Assembly (NCBI RefSeq): GCF_009834535.1
Contig: NC_045697.1
Coordinates: 1,490,001-1,554,000 of the forward strand
DNA length: 64,000 nucleotides
Reading direction: 5' to 3'
Source of the DNA: Camelus ferus
Taxonomy: Eukaryota
The translations under genes and the position numbers were made by a program. Below, piece by piece: positions 1 through 12,879 of this stretch (its first letter is position 1; the number at the start of each line of letters is the position of its first letter). The notes under the pieces are model-generated. The model saw only the letters and a program-made list of their open reading frames with translations, was not told the DNA's origin and ran no database searches.

Positions 1-204
1 TTGTTTTAGACTGGTAATCATATAGGCCCAAACACATCCTAAAAGGAATGGGGAAAAAATCTGTTTTCTTATTCCCCTCTCCCACATTTTATGATTTTGC
101 TGTCCTCTTTTACAACTTCATGTTTATTCTCGTGGTATTCATTGTAGTTAACACATCTCCAATTGTGGTTTTCTTTTTTCTGTAGAATCCTGCTTCTTTC
201 CTAT

Positions 205-1224
205 TTAGAGAAGACCTTTCAATATTTCTTTTGTGTGTGTGGGGGTAATTAGGCTTATTTATTTATTCTTCAAGGAAGTACTGGAGATTGAACCCAGGAC
301 CTCATGCATGCCAAGCATGCACTCTTAACCATTTGAGCTATACTCTCCCCCCTCAATATTTCTTTTAGGATAGGTTTAGTATTGCAGTATTCTTTTAGTT
401 TTTGCTTGTCTGAGGAATTCTTTATCTCTCCTATTCTAAAGGATAGTCTTGCTGGGTAGAGTATCCTAGGTTGTAGGTTTTTCTCTTTCAGGACTTTGAA
501 TATATTTTGCCACTCCTTTTTGGCCAGCAGTATGTCTGTAGAGAAATCAGCTGATAGCGTTATGGAGTTTCCCTTGTAACTAATTCTTAATTTTTCTCTT
601 GCTGCCTTTAGAATCATTTTGTTATCTTCAGCCTTGGCCATCTTAATTATAACATGTCTTGGTATAGGTCTGTTTGGATTCATCTTGTTTGGGACCCTCT
701 GTGCTTCCTGTCCTTAGGTATCTGTTTCCTTCTTTAGGTTTGGGAGGTTTTTGGTCATGATTTCTTCAAGTACCTTTTCAATCCCTCTTTCTCTTTCTTC
801 TCCTTCTAGGACCCCTATTACATGTAGGTTGGCACACTTTAAATTATCCCAAAAGTCCCTTATATTGCTTTCATTTTTTTCATTTGCTTTTCTGTTTGCT
901 GTTCTGATTGGGTCATTTTCATTATCCTGTCTTCTAAATCATTTATTCATTCTTTTGCATTAGTTAGTCTGCTGTTGACTGCCTTTAGCTCTGCTTTTAT
1001 CTCCACAATTGAGTTTTCTGACTTTAATTGGCTCCTCTTTATAGTTCTATTTCCTTTTTACAGTATTCTGCATTACTATTGATAACCTCTCTTATATCCT
1101 TCAGTACATTTATCACCTCCTTTTTGAACTCAGGATCTAGTAAGACTGTTGAGGTCTATTTCATTGTTCTTCCAGGGGATGTCTCTTGTTCTTTTAATTG
1201 GGAGTGATTCTTCTGCTTCTTCAT
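205..1224 (-). pseudogene. Disrupted L1 ORF1p (RNA-binding/chaperone) coding region
   Basis: ATG at 1224 (MKKQKNHSQLKEQE) with an early stop/frameshift. The C-terminal domain is readable in ORF 270..683. The native end EILKGLL* (stop 205-207) is separated from it by a SINE insertion. Confidence 0.85.
233..352 (-). mobile_element. tRNA-Ala-derived SINE (vic-1-like)
   Basis: Reverse complement reads gggggagagtatagctcaaatggttaagagtgcatgcttggcatgcatgaggtcctgggttcaatctccagtac (A and B boxes); perfect 14-bp TSD tcaatatttctttt at 219-232 and 353-366. Confidence 0.92.
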
Positions 1225-2839
1225 TTTACTATATTTCCCCCACTCTATAAATTTAGGAGTAGCAATTATCTACTGTTGTCTTGAGGGCTATTTTTTTTTT
1301 AATGTGGGAGCATCCCTCTGTAGACTGTGCACATCTAATATTTTTGTCAGAAGGGTTGTTTTTAGTATGAATGGTTGCCACATCTTTCCTCTGTGTATGC
1401 TGGCTTTCACCGTCTTGGTTGGGGGTGTGTTGGGTGTTGTGGTGACCAGAGCCTGCACTGGTTTTTGAACAGGGCCTCCTCTTTGCTCTGTGATTATCAC
1501 AGCCCTGATAGGGCCTGGGTCTGCTCCCCTGTTGTTGGAGTAGACCCATTTCTGAGCTGAGGTGTGTAGTAGGTGGGACTGGTGCACTTCTAATGAAAGA
1601 GGAGCTGCTGAGTATTCCTCCGTAGGAGATATCCCACTGGAGAGTGCCCTCTGTGGTGTCATCTGCCACTCATCTGGGCTTACAGAGTAGTTTGTTGACA
1701 CTGCCATTGTGCCTGCCTCAGCTATGAGAATGTTGGCAACCCACCCTGGTGTCCCCAGGTTTTGCAGCCACACAGCCACTAGTGCAGATCCACATACACC
1801 AGGTACTAGGACCTGCCATAGTGTGTGTGCAGTTGCACACTTGATGCACCATGAGCCAGAGGGTCAGCCCAGACCCCAGCCCTGTGTCCACATACACAAG
1901 CCTACTGTTAACACCAGATGCACTCCTGCCACACACCAGAACTCTGCTCAGTTGTCACAGAGATGCAGGTCTACAAAGGCACCAGGGGAGCAAATCTGCC
2001 ACCTCCTAGGGCTTGAATCTAATCTCAGTCCTGCCTGTGAAGTTGCAGGACCTCTGGGAATGGATTCAGGTATCAGCCCCGCCTCTGCCCAGAAGCCATG
2101 CACCAACATTTATGCCCCTCTAGAGCCAGCCAAGAAGACTGCTGTATCAGAACTACATCGTGAGAACACGTGCCAGCAATGGTGCTGAGTACTGCCCTCT
2201 GGGCTAGTGGAGATGGCAGCTCTGGCCAGGCTGTGTTGTGCCCCTTCCCCCATGTGCACTGGCAGTGGTGCTTTCTTTGGGGGACCCAGGCTGTTCTGCA
2301 CACACCTCTAGTCTCAGCCTACCCCACACTCCAGCCACCTGAGTCTGCCTCTGAGTAGTCAGCCCTAGTCCTCTCCCAGGTTCATCCACAGAAGCCCGAC
2401 CTTCAGCACACAGTCCTGGCGTGCCCCCACCAGCTTGCGTCTTGGTCTGGGGATCACACAGACCCTCTGTGCCTTTTTTTCTCAGTTCTGTCTGCCAAGC
2501 GGCTGCTGCTTTCTTCTTCACGCCTACTAAGCTCCTGTTCTGTCTTGGCTGGCCTCCCTGCTAGAGAGGGGGCTTCCCAGGGTGAGGGCATTTTTCCTCC
2601 TTTGCTGCTCCATCCCCAGAGACAGGTCACAACTTCCTTTCTCTTTTTCCTTTTTTGTCCCCACTATCCAACTTTGTGAGGAGTTTTCTTGTATTTCTGA
2701 TTGTGAGAGATACTCTTCCTGAGTTCAGTAGGTATTCTGTGAGAATTATTTTATAGGTAGATGTAGTTTTTGATGTATTCATGGGAGAGGGTGAGTTCCA
2801 CAACCACCTACCTCCACCATCTTGGCAGTCCCCTGAAAT

Positions 2840-5800
2840 TACCTTTTCATATGTTAGTTGACCATGTGGCTTTCCTCTTTTGTGATGTTAAGTGTTTTGC
2901 CCTTTTTCTTTTCTGTTGAGTTGTATATCTTTATTTTTCTTGCTTTTTCACTTTCTTAATATTGTCTTTTGAATAGAAGTATTAGTTCTAAGTAGTTGAA
3001 CCTATTGATCTTTTCCTTTATGCTTTAGGGTTTTGATGTCTTGACTTTAGAATGTTTTCCTTCACCTGAGATCATTAAGATACCAATATTATCTTTTGCA
3101 TTTTGATCTATAATTCTGAAATTGAGTTTTGTGTATGGTGTGAGATAGGGGTTCAGTTTAATTTTTACCTCCGTTTAGAAACCTAGTTGTCCCAGCATCA
3201 TTATCTAAAAAGACTATTCTTTCCACAATGCTGTGGAATGCTTTTGTGTTATAAACTTAAGAGTCCATGTATACTTTGGTTCTGTATTGCTCCTTTGTCT
3301 GTTTGTCTATCATTGGGCTGCACCACACTCTATCAGTTACTGTAGCTTTTTAATCAGTCTCAGGATTCCTCCTTGTTCTCAAGCGTTTTTTGGTAATTCT
3401 TGGACTTTTGTGTTTCCATATAAATTTTAGACTCTTTCTCAATTTCCATATCAAAATTTCTTTGGATTTTGATTAAAGTTACATTGCATGTATAAATCAT
3501 TTTGAGGAATGTTGACTTCATCATGTGAGTTTTTAAAAAATCAATGAATGATTTTTCGTCATTTATTTGGGGTATCTTTACTTTCTCAATAAAGGTTTAT
3601 AGTCTTCTCTGTATGTATAGTTTTCTCTGTATGATCTCTCATTTTAGATTTATTCTTTGGTACTTGATAACTTTTAAAGTCATTTAACTTAGAAATAACT
3701 CCAAATGTATACTAAAGTGAAAACATAAAATTTTTATATAGCCTTGAATCAGATTTCCCAATTTTTGGCATTTTAATTCACATTTGCTCTATCATTCTGT
3801 CTCTGTTTCTTTCTCTCCTTCTCTCCACTCATTCCCCCAAACCTTATGATTTTTTTTTCTGAACTACTTGAAGAAAATTGCAAACATAATGCCCATTACC
3901 CTCAGTATTAAGTGTATTTCCTAAAAAGGATACTCTTTTCCATATATACTGTATACCTATCAAAATCAGAAAGTTAGCATTATTACAGTGTTAGCATCTC
4001 ACCCACAGGGTCTATTCAGATTTTGCCATTTGTCTAAAAAAATACCCTCAGTAGCAAAAACAAACAAGAGAACTTTACTTCTCCCCTTTCCTCTATGGTC
4101 CAGAATAAGTTCCAAGATGACTCATTGCATTTAGCACCGTATTTTTCAGTCTCCTTTACATCTGCAAAGAATTTCTCTGTGTTTTTTTTCTTTTGTCCTT
4201 CACGACTTTGACTTTTTTTTTGTAAGAATAGACCACACACTTTGTAAATGACCCTCAATTTAGGTATATGTGATGTTTCCTCATAATTAGACTCAAATTT
4301 TGTGTTTTGGCAGGAATTGCACACAAGTCATGCTGTACTCTCTGCAGCATGTCATCTTGGCAGTCTGTTCCATTATAGGCGGTGGGAACTCTTACCACTT
4401 GGTTAAGACGGTATCTGACTGGTTTCGTCACTGTGAAGTTAATAAGATTTTTGCATTAATTAATAATGAGTAATTAATATGTGTTTTATAGAAAAATACT
4501 TTGAGATCATTATAAATATCCTATTTCTCATCAGATTTTCTGCCTCTAGTTTTAGCATTCATTTTTGATTCTTGGTTGAATCCATTAGTTTGATGGTAGC
4601 CGAATGGTGATCTTCTAATTCCATTATTCCTTCTGCATTTATTGACATTCTGCAGTAAGTTAGAGCTTTCCTTTCTTCCTTGTTGTTTGTATATCCTTTA
4701 TATAAATATGGACTTATGGTTTCCTGTTTTATGTGCAGTGTATCAAATTTAGCCAGTGGGAGCCCTTTCAGACTGACTGCTGAATGCTTTTGACATGTCT
4801 TCATTATTCTTTGAATATTTCCTTACTTTATGGTATCAGGTGTTCCATTCCTATCTTGAATTTTTCTCTTCCACAGCCCTGAAACCAACCATTAATCCAA
4901 TAAGCCCTTGTTCCTTTTAGTAGACAGTAGTATTTACAGATTAAACTTTGGGCGCTAGATGTTCTCACAGTAAGAGAGCTGGGAAATAGATACATGTGTG
5001 TACCCCCACACTCCTGTGTCAGGTTTTTTAATCTGTTGAAACCACAGGTTCACACTGGATCTTCTCAATTCCAGTCCAGCAGTTGGAGTGTACTGTAGCT
5101 TTCCTTCCTCCTTTCCGTGTTTGTACCTCTCTTCTCCTACAATGGAAACCTGGCTCCATCATTTTCAACATGTTCACTTGTTTACTCAGTCCTCCTGTGT
5201 GTTACCAGTCTCCACCTGCCAGCCATATTCTCAGCCCTGGCACTGCAGATGAATGCACTCTGCCCATGATGACAGAGACTGCCCCCCCCCCCCAACTGGC
5301 TCACACCAGCTGCCATGACCGAAGTTTCCAAGGGGCAAAGGCGGTGCTTGATATTTCTTTTTTAGATGTCATAATAAGTGACATCTTAAAATTAAAATAA
5401 TTGTTGTTGGTGTGTAGAATATAATAGATTTTAAAGTTTTTTTTATTTTATCAACTGCTGTAAAATATTAATTCTATTTGTTTATCTTTACATCCTTTTG
5501 GATTTTCTGTGTGTACAATTGAATCATCTTCAAATAAGGGTACCACTTTTTCCCCTTTCTCATCATTAGTCCTTTTATTTCTTTTTCTTACCTTACTATT
5601 CTGGCTGGGATCTCTGTTATAATGTTGAGTAGAAATGGTGGTCATAGGTTTCTTTATCTCATTCTTGATCCCAAAAGGACAACTTTTGACCATTTCATCT
5701 TTTGAGTATATTTCTTGTTAATAGGGTTTTTTTTTTTTAAAGGTGGCCTTTATCATTTTAAGAAAGTTACCTTATGTTCATGATTTACTAGAATGCTTTT

Positions 5801-6420
5801 ATTAGTGAATGGAAGTTCAATTTTATCAAAAGCATTTCTGCATCTGTTTTAATTACATGATACCTCTGTGATAGAGTAGTTAGAAAATCAGCTCAGTGTT
5901 AAACTAACTTTGCATTTTTGGATAAACCTGTTTGGTCATAGTAATATCCGTTTCTATATATTGCTAGATTTGGATTGCTCATAAATTCATTTAGGACTTT
6001 TTCATCTATTTTCATGAGTGAGAATAACTTGAGATTTTCCTTTTTCTTGTCAGATTTTCTTGTCAGATTTTAGTATACAGATTATGGTTAATATTTGATG
6101 TGTACTTTTTTTTTAACTATCTGGAAGACTTTGTCTAAAATTATATTTATTTCTTTTCAGGGGTTTGTTTCGTTTTGGAGCGGGGAATTAGATTTATTTA
6201 TTTATTTATTAATGGAGGTGCTGGGGATTGAGCCCAGGACCTCATGCATGCTAAGCATGTACTCTACCACTGAGGTATACCGCCCCTCTAAAATTATATT
6301 TATTTCTTATTACATTTTTGGTATAAGCCATCTAGGCTTGGAGTTACATTTGGTTGAGTTTATTTAATACTTTTAATATTGTTCTAGCTTCTGTTTATCT
6401 ATTTTCGTAAGTTGTATTTT
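2840..6420 (-). mobile_element. Old, fragmented L1M relics (ORF2 pieces with an L1MC-type 3'UTR block at about 3680-5190)
   Basis: T-rich antisense L1 phrases such as ttgtcccagcatcatt...aaaagactattctttcc and tcaaaagcatttctgcatct. Confidence 0.65.
6156..6286 (-). mobile_element. tRNA-Ala-derived SINE (vic-1-like)
   Basis: ggaggtgctggggattgagcccaggacctcatgcatgctaagcatgtactctaccactgagg; perfect 22-bp TSD tctaaaattatatttatttctt at 6134-6155 and 6287-6308. Confidence 0.93.
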
Positions 6421-6464
6421 CTAGGAGTTCTTTGAGCATTTCATCACGCTCACAGCACACCCTC

Positions 6465-6590
6465 CAGTGGTCTGGAGCCGGCTTGCCTGGATTTGACTCC
6501 TTGCTCTGATACTTAATAGCTTGGACAAGTCTCTTAAACTCCATACTTCAGTTTCCGCTTAGTAACCATGCAGGACTGTTGGGATGATTG
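6465..6590 (+). mobile_element. MIR fragment
   Basis: tctggagcc...ctggatttgactccttgctctgatactta...cttggacaagtctcttaaact...cttcagtttcc resembles the MIR core. Confidence 0.6.
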
Positions 6591-6894
6591 GCAGCTGTTG
6601 TATGTATTTAGGAATCGGTCTATATTTCCTCTGTTGCAGATATTTTGTCTAAGTTTGGTGTTTTGAAAAAAACTATTCATGCTCTACATTTCTGTGTTCA
6701 AAGACTTCTGGGTTTAAAACATAGTATATATAGTTGTTGTCAGATGTAGTCAACTTCTAGTTTTCTAGCTGTTCTTTTTCCTATTTGTAAATGAATAATT
6801 CCTTTTGGCTTCCTTTCCTTCTATGCCCAGTGTTGGATATTTTATTTACTAGCACTCACGGAAGATGGGGAAAAGGGGACATAGTGATACTCCA

Positions 6895-7220
6895 GCCCAT
6901 TATTGCCCGATAGAAATGGAATGTAAGCCACGTATGTAACTGTAAAATTTTCAGTAACTGTATGATAAAAGTAAAAAGAAATCGGTATAATCAATTTTAT
7001 GTAGTGTCTTTCACTTTGTGGCCCAAGTAACCACAAAATTATTTCAACATGGAATCATTATAAAAATTATTACCGAGATATTTACTCTCCCTTTTTCACA
7101 CTGTCTTTGAAATCTGGTATGTATTTTACACTTTGGCACATCTCAGTTTGGACTTGTCACATTTCAAGTTCTCAGTAGCCAAATGTGGCCAGTGGCTACC
7201 AAGTTGGATGTATATGTCTA
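6895..7220 (+). mobile_element. hAT-Charlie non-autonomous DNA transposon (MER33-like)
   Basis: gatagaaatggaatgtaagccacgtatgtaac...gtattttacactttggcacatctcagtttggacttgtcacatttcaagttctcagtagccaaatgtggccagtggctacc follows the MER33 consensus as I recall it. Confidence 0.8.
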
Positions 7221-7284
7221 GTCTTGTGTTAGTTTGGGGATTAGCTTAAAGCTATCTAATATTTCTTTTGATTTTGCTCTTAAA

Positions 7285-8035
7285 ATTTTTAAAATTAAGG
7301 TGTGACATAAAGCATATTAATTTTATGTGTACAACATAATGACTTGATAGTTGTGTATGCTGTAAAATGATCACTACAGTGTGTCTAGTTAACGTCCATC
7401 ACCATACAATAGTTACAGAATTTTTTTCCTTAAAAGAGAACTTTTAATATCTGTTCTCTTAGCAACTTTTAAATACACGGTGCAGTGTTGTTAACTAGTT
7501 GCCGTGCTGTACATTACTTCTCCGTAACTTGTTTATTTTATAACTGGAAGTTGGTACCCTCTTCACCCATTTTGTCTATCCTCCATCCCCTACATCTGGT
7601 AGCCACCAGTCTGCTCTCTATTTGGATGAGCTTAATTTTGTTTGTTTTGAATTCAAGATATGAATGAGATCATACAATATTTGTCTTTCTCTGATATGTT
7701 TCATTTAGCGTAATGCCCTTAAAGTCCATCCATATTTCATTCCTTTTTATGGCCAAGTAATACTCTACTGTGTATATATGTCACATCTTCTTTATGCATT
7801 CATGTATTCACGGACACTTCAGTTGTTCCATATCTTGGCTATTGTAAATAACAATGCAGTGAACATGGGATGCATGTATCTTTTTCAGTTAGTGTTTTCG
7901 TTTTCTTCAGATAAATACCCAGAAGTGGAATTGCTGGATCATATGGTAGCTCCGTTTTCAATTTTTTTGAGGAACCTCCAGACTGTCTTCCATAGTGGCT
8001 GCACCAATTTACATTCCCACCAACAGTGCACAAGG
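7285..8035 (-). mobile_element. 5'-truncated L1 (ORF2 C-terminus plus 3'UTR)
   Basis: The minus frames give [31 protein letters not shown] and [24 protein letters not shown]. Confidence 0.9.
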
Positions 8036-8814
8036 GGCTGGAGGGAGGGGCCCCAGTCTTGGGTGGAGTCTGTCGGGTGCAGGTGGAACGCCATCCCCTG
8101 GAGCCCCCCACCCCCCGGCACTGTGGTGCCCAGTGCTCATGGGGTGTCCGTGGCTTCTGGGCCACTTGATGCAGAGGAGACGGTGTCTGTGCTTCTGACT
8201 GGATGGGGATGAAGCGGTTCCTTCTGTCAGGACAGCGCTGGGCTCGAGGACTCCTTATGTCACCAGCTGGCCAGCCCTTTCAGCTTCTGGAGCTCCTGTT
8301 TTTAGGAAAGTTTGTTTTCTGATGCTCATTAGGTCGTAGCTGGGCCTTGAAGCGGGAGTTCAGCCAGCCCTCTTCCTGCACCTCCTGCAGGCACCACCCC
8401 AGTTTACAGGCCCGAGGGGAAGGCATTCTCTTCAGCTCTTCTCCCTTGAAAGTTGCCAGGGAGGGAAGGACAATATCTTGTCTGAAACAAGGACCCTGCC
8501 AGGAGCCTGAGGCTCAGACTATGAAGAGAGAGTGAGGAGTGAGCCTGGAACTGCTCCTGCAGTCGGGAGTCCTGGTCCCGAGAAGTGCATGTGCCATCTT
8601 TGCTCAGTCACAACATCTGGGTTTGGAGCGGGTTCTCAGAAGAACCAGGAGGTGTGATGGCCGAGGGGGCAGTTGAAGAAAGAACATCAAGTAGGGGGAG
8701 GTGAGCCCCATGCCGTCTGGTGATGGGCCCAGTGCGATGCTGGAGGGCCAGTGGGGAGCAGAAGCCCTGCTGGAAGGAGAGGGTTGGAGAGGCGCACGGG
8801 TCTGCAGCCTTCAG

Positions 8815-9005
8815 CATGGCGCACCCGGCCGCGTGTGGCCACTGAGCACCGGTGCTTTAAGCGTGAAATACACCCCACATTCTGAAGACCTAGTATGAAA
8901 AAAGAATATAAAATATCTCACTAAGAGTTTATATTGGTTACCTTTAATATGATAATATTGTGGGTATACTGAGTTAAATAAAATGCTGTAGAATTCACCT
9001 GTCTC
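8815..9005 (-). mobile_element. MER33/MER3-like DNA transposon fragment
   Basis: gtgtggccactgagcac...aagcgtgaaatacacccc...tgaagacctagtatgaaaaaagaatataaaatatctca is reverse-complementary to the 6895-7220 element. Confidence 0.7.
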
Positions 9006-9017
9006 TGAGGGGGATGT

Positions 9018-9600
9018 TTAATAGACTATTTTTTTGGAGCAGTTTTAGGCTCACAGAAAAATTCAGCAGGAAATACAGAAAGTTCTCACATACCCTCACA
9101 CATGTACAACCTCCCACAAAGTCAGTATCCCACTGTGGTGTCCGTTTGTCACAGTCAGTGAACCTGCACTGACATGTCATCATCACCCAGTCCGTAGTTT
9201 CCATCAGGGTCCACTCTTGGTGTTGTACATTCTGTGGGGTTAGGCAAATTTATAATGACATATATCCAACATTACAGTATCTTACAGAGTCTTTTCACTG
9301 CCCTAAACATCCTTTGTATTCTTCCTGTGCACACTCCCTCCCCTCTTATCCTTGGCAACCACTGATTTTTAAACTGTCCGCAGTGTTTTGCCTTTTCCAG
9401 AATAGGAAATCATACAGGAATCATACAGCCTTTTCAGATGGGGTTCTTTCCCTTAGGAATATACATTAAAGGTTCCTCTGTGTCTTTTCATGCTTTGATA
9501 GCTCATCTCTTTTTAGTGCTGAATAATATTCCACTGTCTGGAGGTACCACAGTGTATTTATCCATCACCTTCTGAAGGGCATCTTGGCAGGATCTGGTGC
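9018..9600 (-). mobile_element. L1MC-type 3'UTR
   Basis: gagcagttttaggctcacagaaaaattcagcaggaaatacaga...cactcttggtgttgtacattctgtggg; paralogous to 29340-29860. Confidence 0.8.
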
Positions 9601-11709
9601 CGAAGCAGAAGGCTTCCCCCCAGTGAGGAGGCCCACATAGGGGGAGATGCCTAGTGGCACAGGTGCAGGCAGATGGCTGGGAGCCTGTGGAAACACAGTG
9701 CCAAGCTGTTTTCCAGAAAGCTTGTTGGCCCTGCATGCCCCCCTCAGCAGTATGTAGTACACCTGTCTTCCTTCCTTCTCTCAGCACCAAGTGTTGTTGT
9801 AGTCTTTAAATGTTTGCAGAGTGTCCCCCTTATGAGACCCAAGGAGACTACATGCTTTGACAGGCGCCTGCTCCTCTGGCCAGGATCCCCTGATGAGGCG
9901 TGCGCAGCCCTGCCACCTCATCCTGCCGCCCATGTGTGCCTGCTTCCGTGGCTCTTTGTCAGCTCTGCTCCGCCTTCCCCGGGCTTGATGCCTGCATCTT
10001 CTCCCCTTCCTGTCCAGCTCCTGCCCAGAGGCACCCTCCCTGTTCCTCACACTCTTACCCCTCCCGTGGCCCCAACTCATCTCCCAATCTTGTGAATGTC
10101 TTGGGCCATACCAGTTTTAGTAGCAACCTTGGAGACTGACGGAGCGTTGCCATCTCTATGTTGTGGGAAGTAGGGGACCTGCAGAAGGCCAGCACCATCT
10201 GAGGCCGATGGTGTTCTAGGCCCCTGGTTAGCCCCTGGCTTGCTTGTCCTTGGGCCAGCCACCTCTCTGTGCTGAGTGTGTGGTGGTGATGGTGGCGGTG
10301 GGGGGGGGGTGCAGGGGACCACCCCTGGCCTCGCTGCTTGTGTCAGCAGGGCCGTGTTGATGACTGGGGCTCACCCACCATGTGAATGGCTGCCTTTGGA
10401 ATTACTTCAGGTCATTCAGTCTTCAAATGTGGCTTTCACATTCAGGGTCTCTGACTAAAATCTTTTCCCAGCCTCTGTTCTATTTACATTTTTTTTCCCC
10501 TTCCCCCTGGGTATTGCTGTAAAGACTGTTAACATCCTGTACAAAATGACTGGTTACTGTGATTTTCAGGTGCCTTTAGGTTTATGAGGGATGCAGACTG
10601 AAGTCTGAGAAGGTAGCAGTTCTCTGATTCCAGCTTTTTACTGCAATCGATTGGTTGTATTTTAAAGACTGGTGAAGAGGAATGTAAGAAATACGTATTT
10701 CCAGGGCCGTCAGTCTTTCAGCTGTCTGACTTGCTGCTGTTAATAAGTTCAAGTTCTGTTTCTCTTGCCACGTGGAGCTTGACCGCAGAAACCTGAAATC
10801 TCTTGTAATACATAAGTGGGTGGGTGGCCGTGCTGGCAGGTGACGGAGCAGTGATACTGAACTTGCCCTGGTGTCCGGACTTGTGCTGAGGCTTCCTTAG
10901 ACGTTGACCTTCTTCCAGATAAGTAGCATCAAAACATACAGTAATTACATTGTTTATTGGACTTACACACAACTACATTTGTTTGGGGAAACCGTGCTAA
11001 TAACAGTTACATGCGTAAAACCTTTCTACATAACCATAATTCTGGCAGACAGCAAAAACCACTATGCCTTCATTAATGCACAAAGCCACCCCATTTACTT
11101 CTGTAGAACCACTGGTGGTTAATGACTGGGCAAATTCATGAGGTTAACCTGCAGCAGTAAGGAAAAATGGTTGCAGTTTCCTCTAGGCTTTCTCTATTTT
11201 TTTAAATATGTAAACTAAAATGAAAAATCCTAAAGAAAACTCATTTTCACATTAGCTATAAAAAGGATACTATAATAATATAATAAGACAGAATCAATAA
11301 TTAGTGTTTATTGAATTTTACTGAATTTCCAGGGGACAGCTTTGAAATCTGTAAGTTACTAAATGTGTGCTCTGTAAGGCTGCATAAATTATATATTACA
11401 AAGCACTAAATACGTAAGGTAATTTTGCATTTAACTGATGATACGATTCTGTTGTCAAGTTTTTGGTAACCAGTTAGAAGGGAACTTAAATATGAGTGTT
11501 AGTGGTTATTTCTCAGGCAGTGCCACTTGCTCGTGGAGCTTGCGTATGCTGTGGGAAGGCGGAGCTCGGGAAAGCAGCAGCGGGATGACCACACGTTCCT
11601 GGACTTCAGCACCGGTCGCTGGCAAAAGATAGTGCGTGAAATAAGGAAGGAAAGTTGTAGTTAGAGGAGACAGAACGTGAGTTACTGATTTGAACTAGTC
11701 ATTTCAGTT

Positions 11710-12265
11710 CCTTCAGTGAGCATTTACTAGATACCTGCTGTCTGCTGGGTGCTTTTTGGAACTCGATATGAAAACATAAGGGAATGTGTAAGCACAGAGG
11801 TTTACAGGAGCTGAGTAATTAGCCACCTGGTGGCTTGTATTGGCTGAGGGGTAGGGAGTGTGCTGGAGGAGGGCAGAATTCAAGGAAAAGAATGATGCCA
11901 CCGTGGGGTTTGGGAGGACGCCGAGCAGTTGCCTGGTGGAGGAGGGGGGTGGTGCTTCAGGGTGGGAAGTGGCATGTACTGCAGCCCACGGTTGAATGGG
12001 ACAGGGGTGGAGAATTGGAAGGAGTTTTAACTGGGTAACAACGTGGAGACTAAGTGACTAAGGGCCTTCTATGTCATGCTCAATCCTTTCAGGCAGGGGG
12101 AACTTTTGAAGGGTTCAAAGCAGAGGAAGGTTCCACTCACATGTGTAGTTTGACAGATCTTCCTGACAGGAGGTAGAAGATACGCAGAAAGCAGACAGAC
12201 CTGCAGGCTGGGGACCAGTCAGGAGGGGATAATTGTGTAGTGTCCTGGGCGGGAGATGGTTGGTT
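11710..12265 (-). mobile_element. L2 relic
   Basis: Starts ttcagtgagcatttactagatacctgctgtctgctgggtgct (antisense L2 3' end); later agggggaacttttgaagggttcaaagcagagg and ggggaccagtcaggagggg. Confidence 0.6.
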
Positions 12266-12879
12266 TCGTGTACTGTGTACATGAGAACCCTGGCTTTCAG
12301 CCTTCACTGGGCTGTATGATCTGAGATGTGCCACTGTCACCTGAGAAGCTATTGCTTTTAGTGATTTTAATGCCCGAAATGCCACGTTTTCTTTTTGTCT
12401 GTAAGAAGTTTCCCTGTGAAGTCTTTAAATAGTAACTCTGAGTTTTTCATGTTGAATTTGGAATTTCTTTTTAGAGATTACTTTATGAACTGGAGTATAG
12501 GCTTAGTAAGAAAATGAGTACTGTGATTTGCTGTCTTTTGTTACACACAAATGCTGGCCACAAGTGACAGCTTCTACCTGAGAGTGGAAACCTGTTCACT
12601 CAGAAGAGGCTAAAGTAGTTTACACCGTAGGTGTGGGGCTCAGTTGCTGGTGATGTTTTCAAGTACTTTCAGCAACATTGCCGTCCTAGGAATACGCACA
12701 TACTCCTGCGGAAATTGTTCTTGGTTACTTTGGTCCCTCACATTTGTGTGTGTATGTGTATATGTACACTTATATATGTATATTTCATATATTAATATAG
12801 ATATACTTTATCTACCTGTGTGTGTGTAGGATTTGGAGGACAACACTTGTTTAGTTATGTTCATTCTGGTACTTTTTAG

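Larger units (their letters stand above)
1..2833 (-). mobile_element. LINE-1 retaining its 5' end (5'UTR plus ORF1), antisense to FAM193A, continuing off the left edge
   Basis: The minus strand starts ggggactgccaagatggtggagg (L1-type 5' end with YY1-like CAAGATGG), then about 1.6 kb of GC-richer 5'UTR, then ORF1 homology (PRHVIIKM...LSADFS...KEWQNIFKVLKEKNLQPRILYPARLSF). Confidence 0.9.

Noticed and set aside
3598..9430. Short tandem duplications (tatagt-ttctctgtatg x2 near 3600, ttcttgtcagatttt x2 near 6050, aatcatacag x2 near 9410)
   Set aside because: Ordinary slippage duplications inside old repeats; no spacer-repeat array structure.
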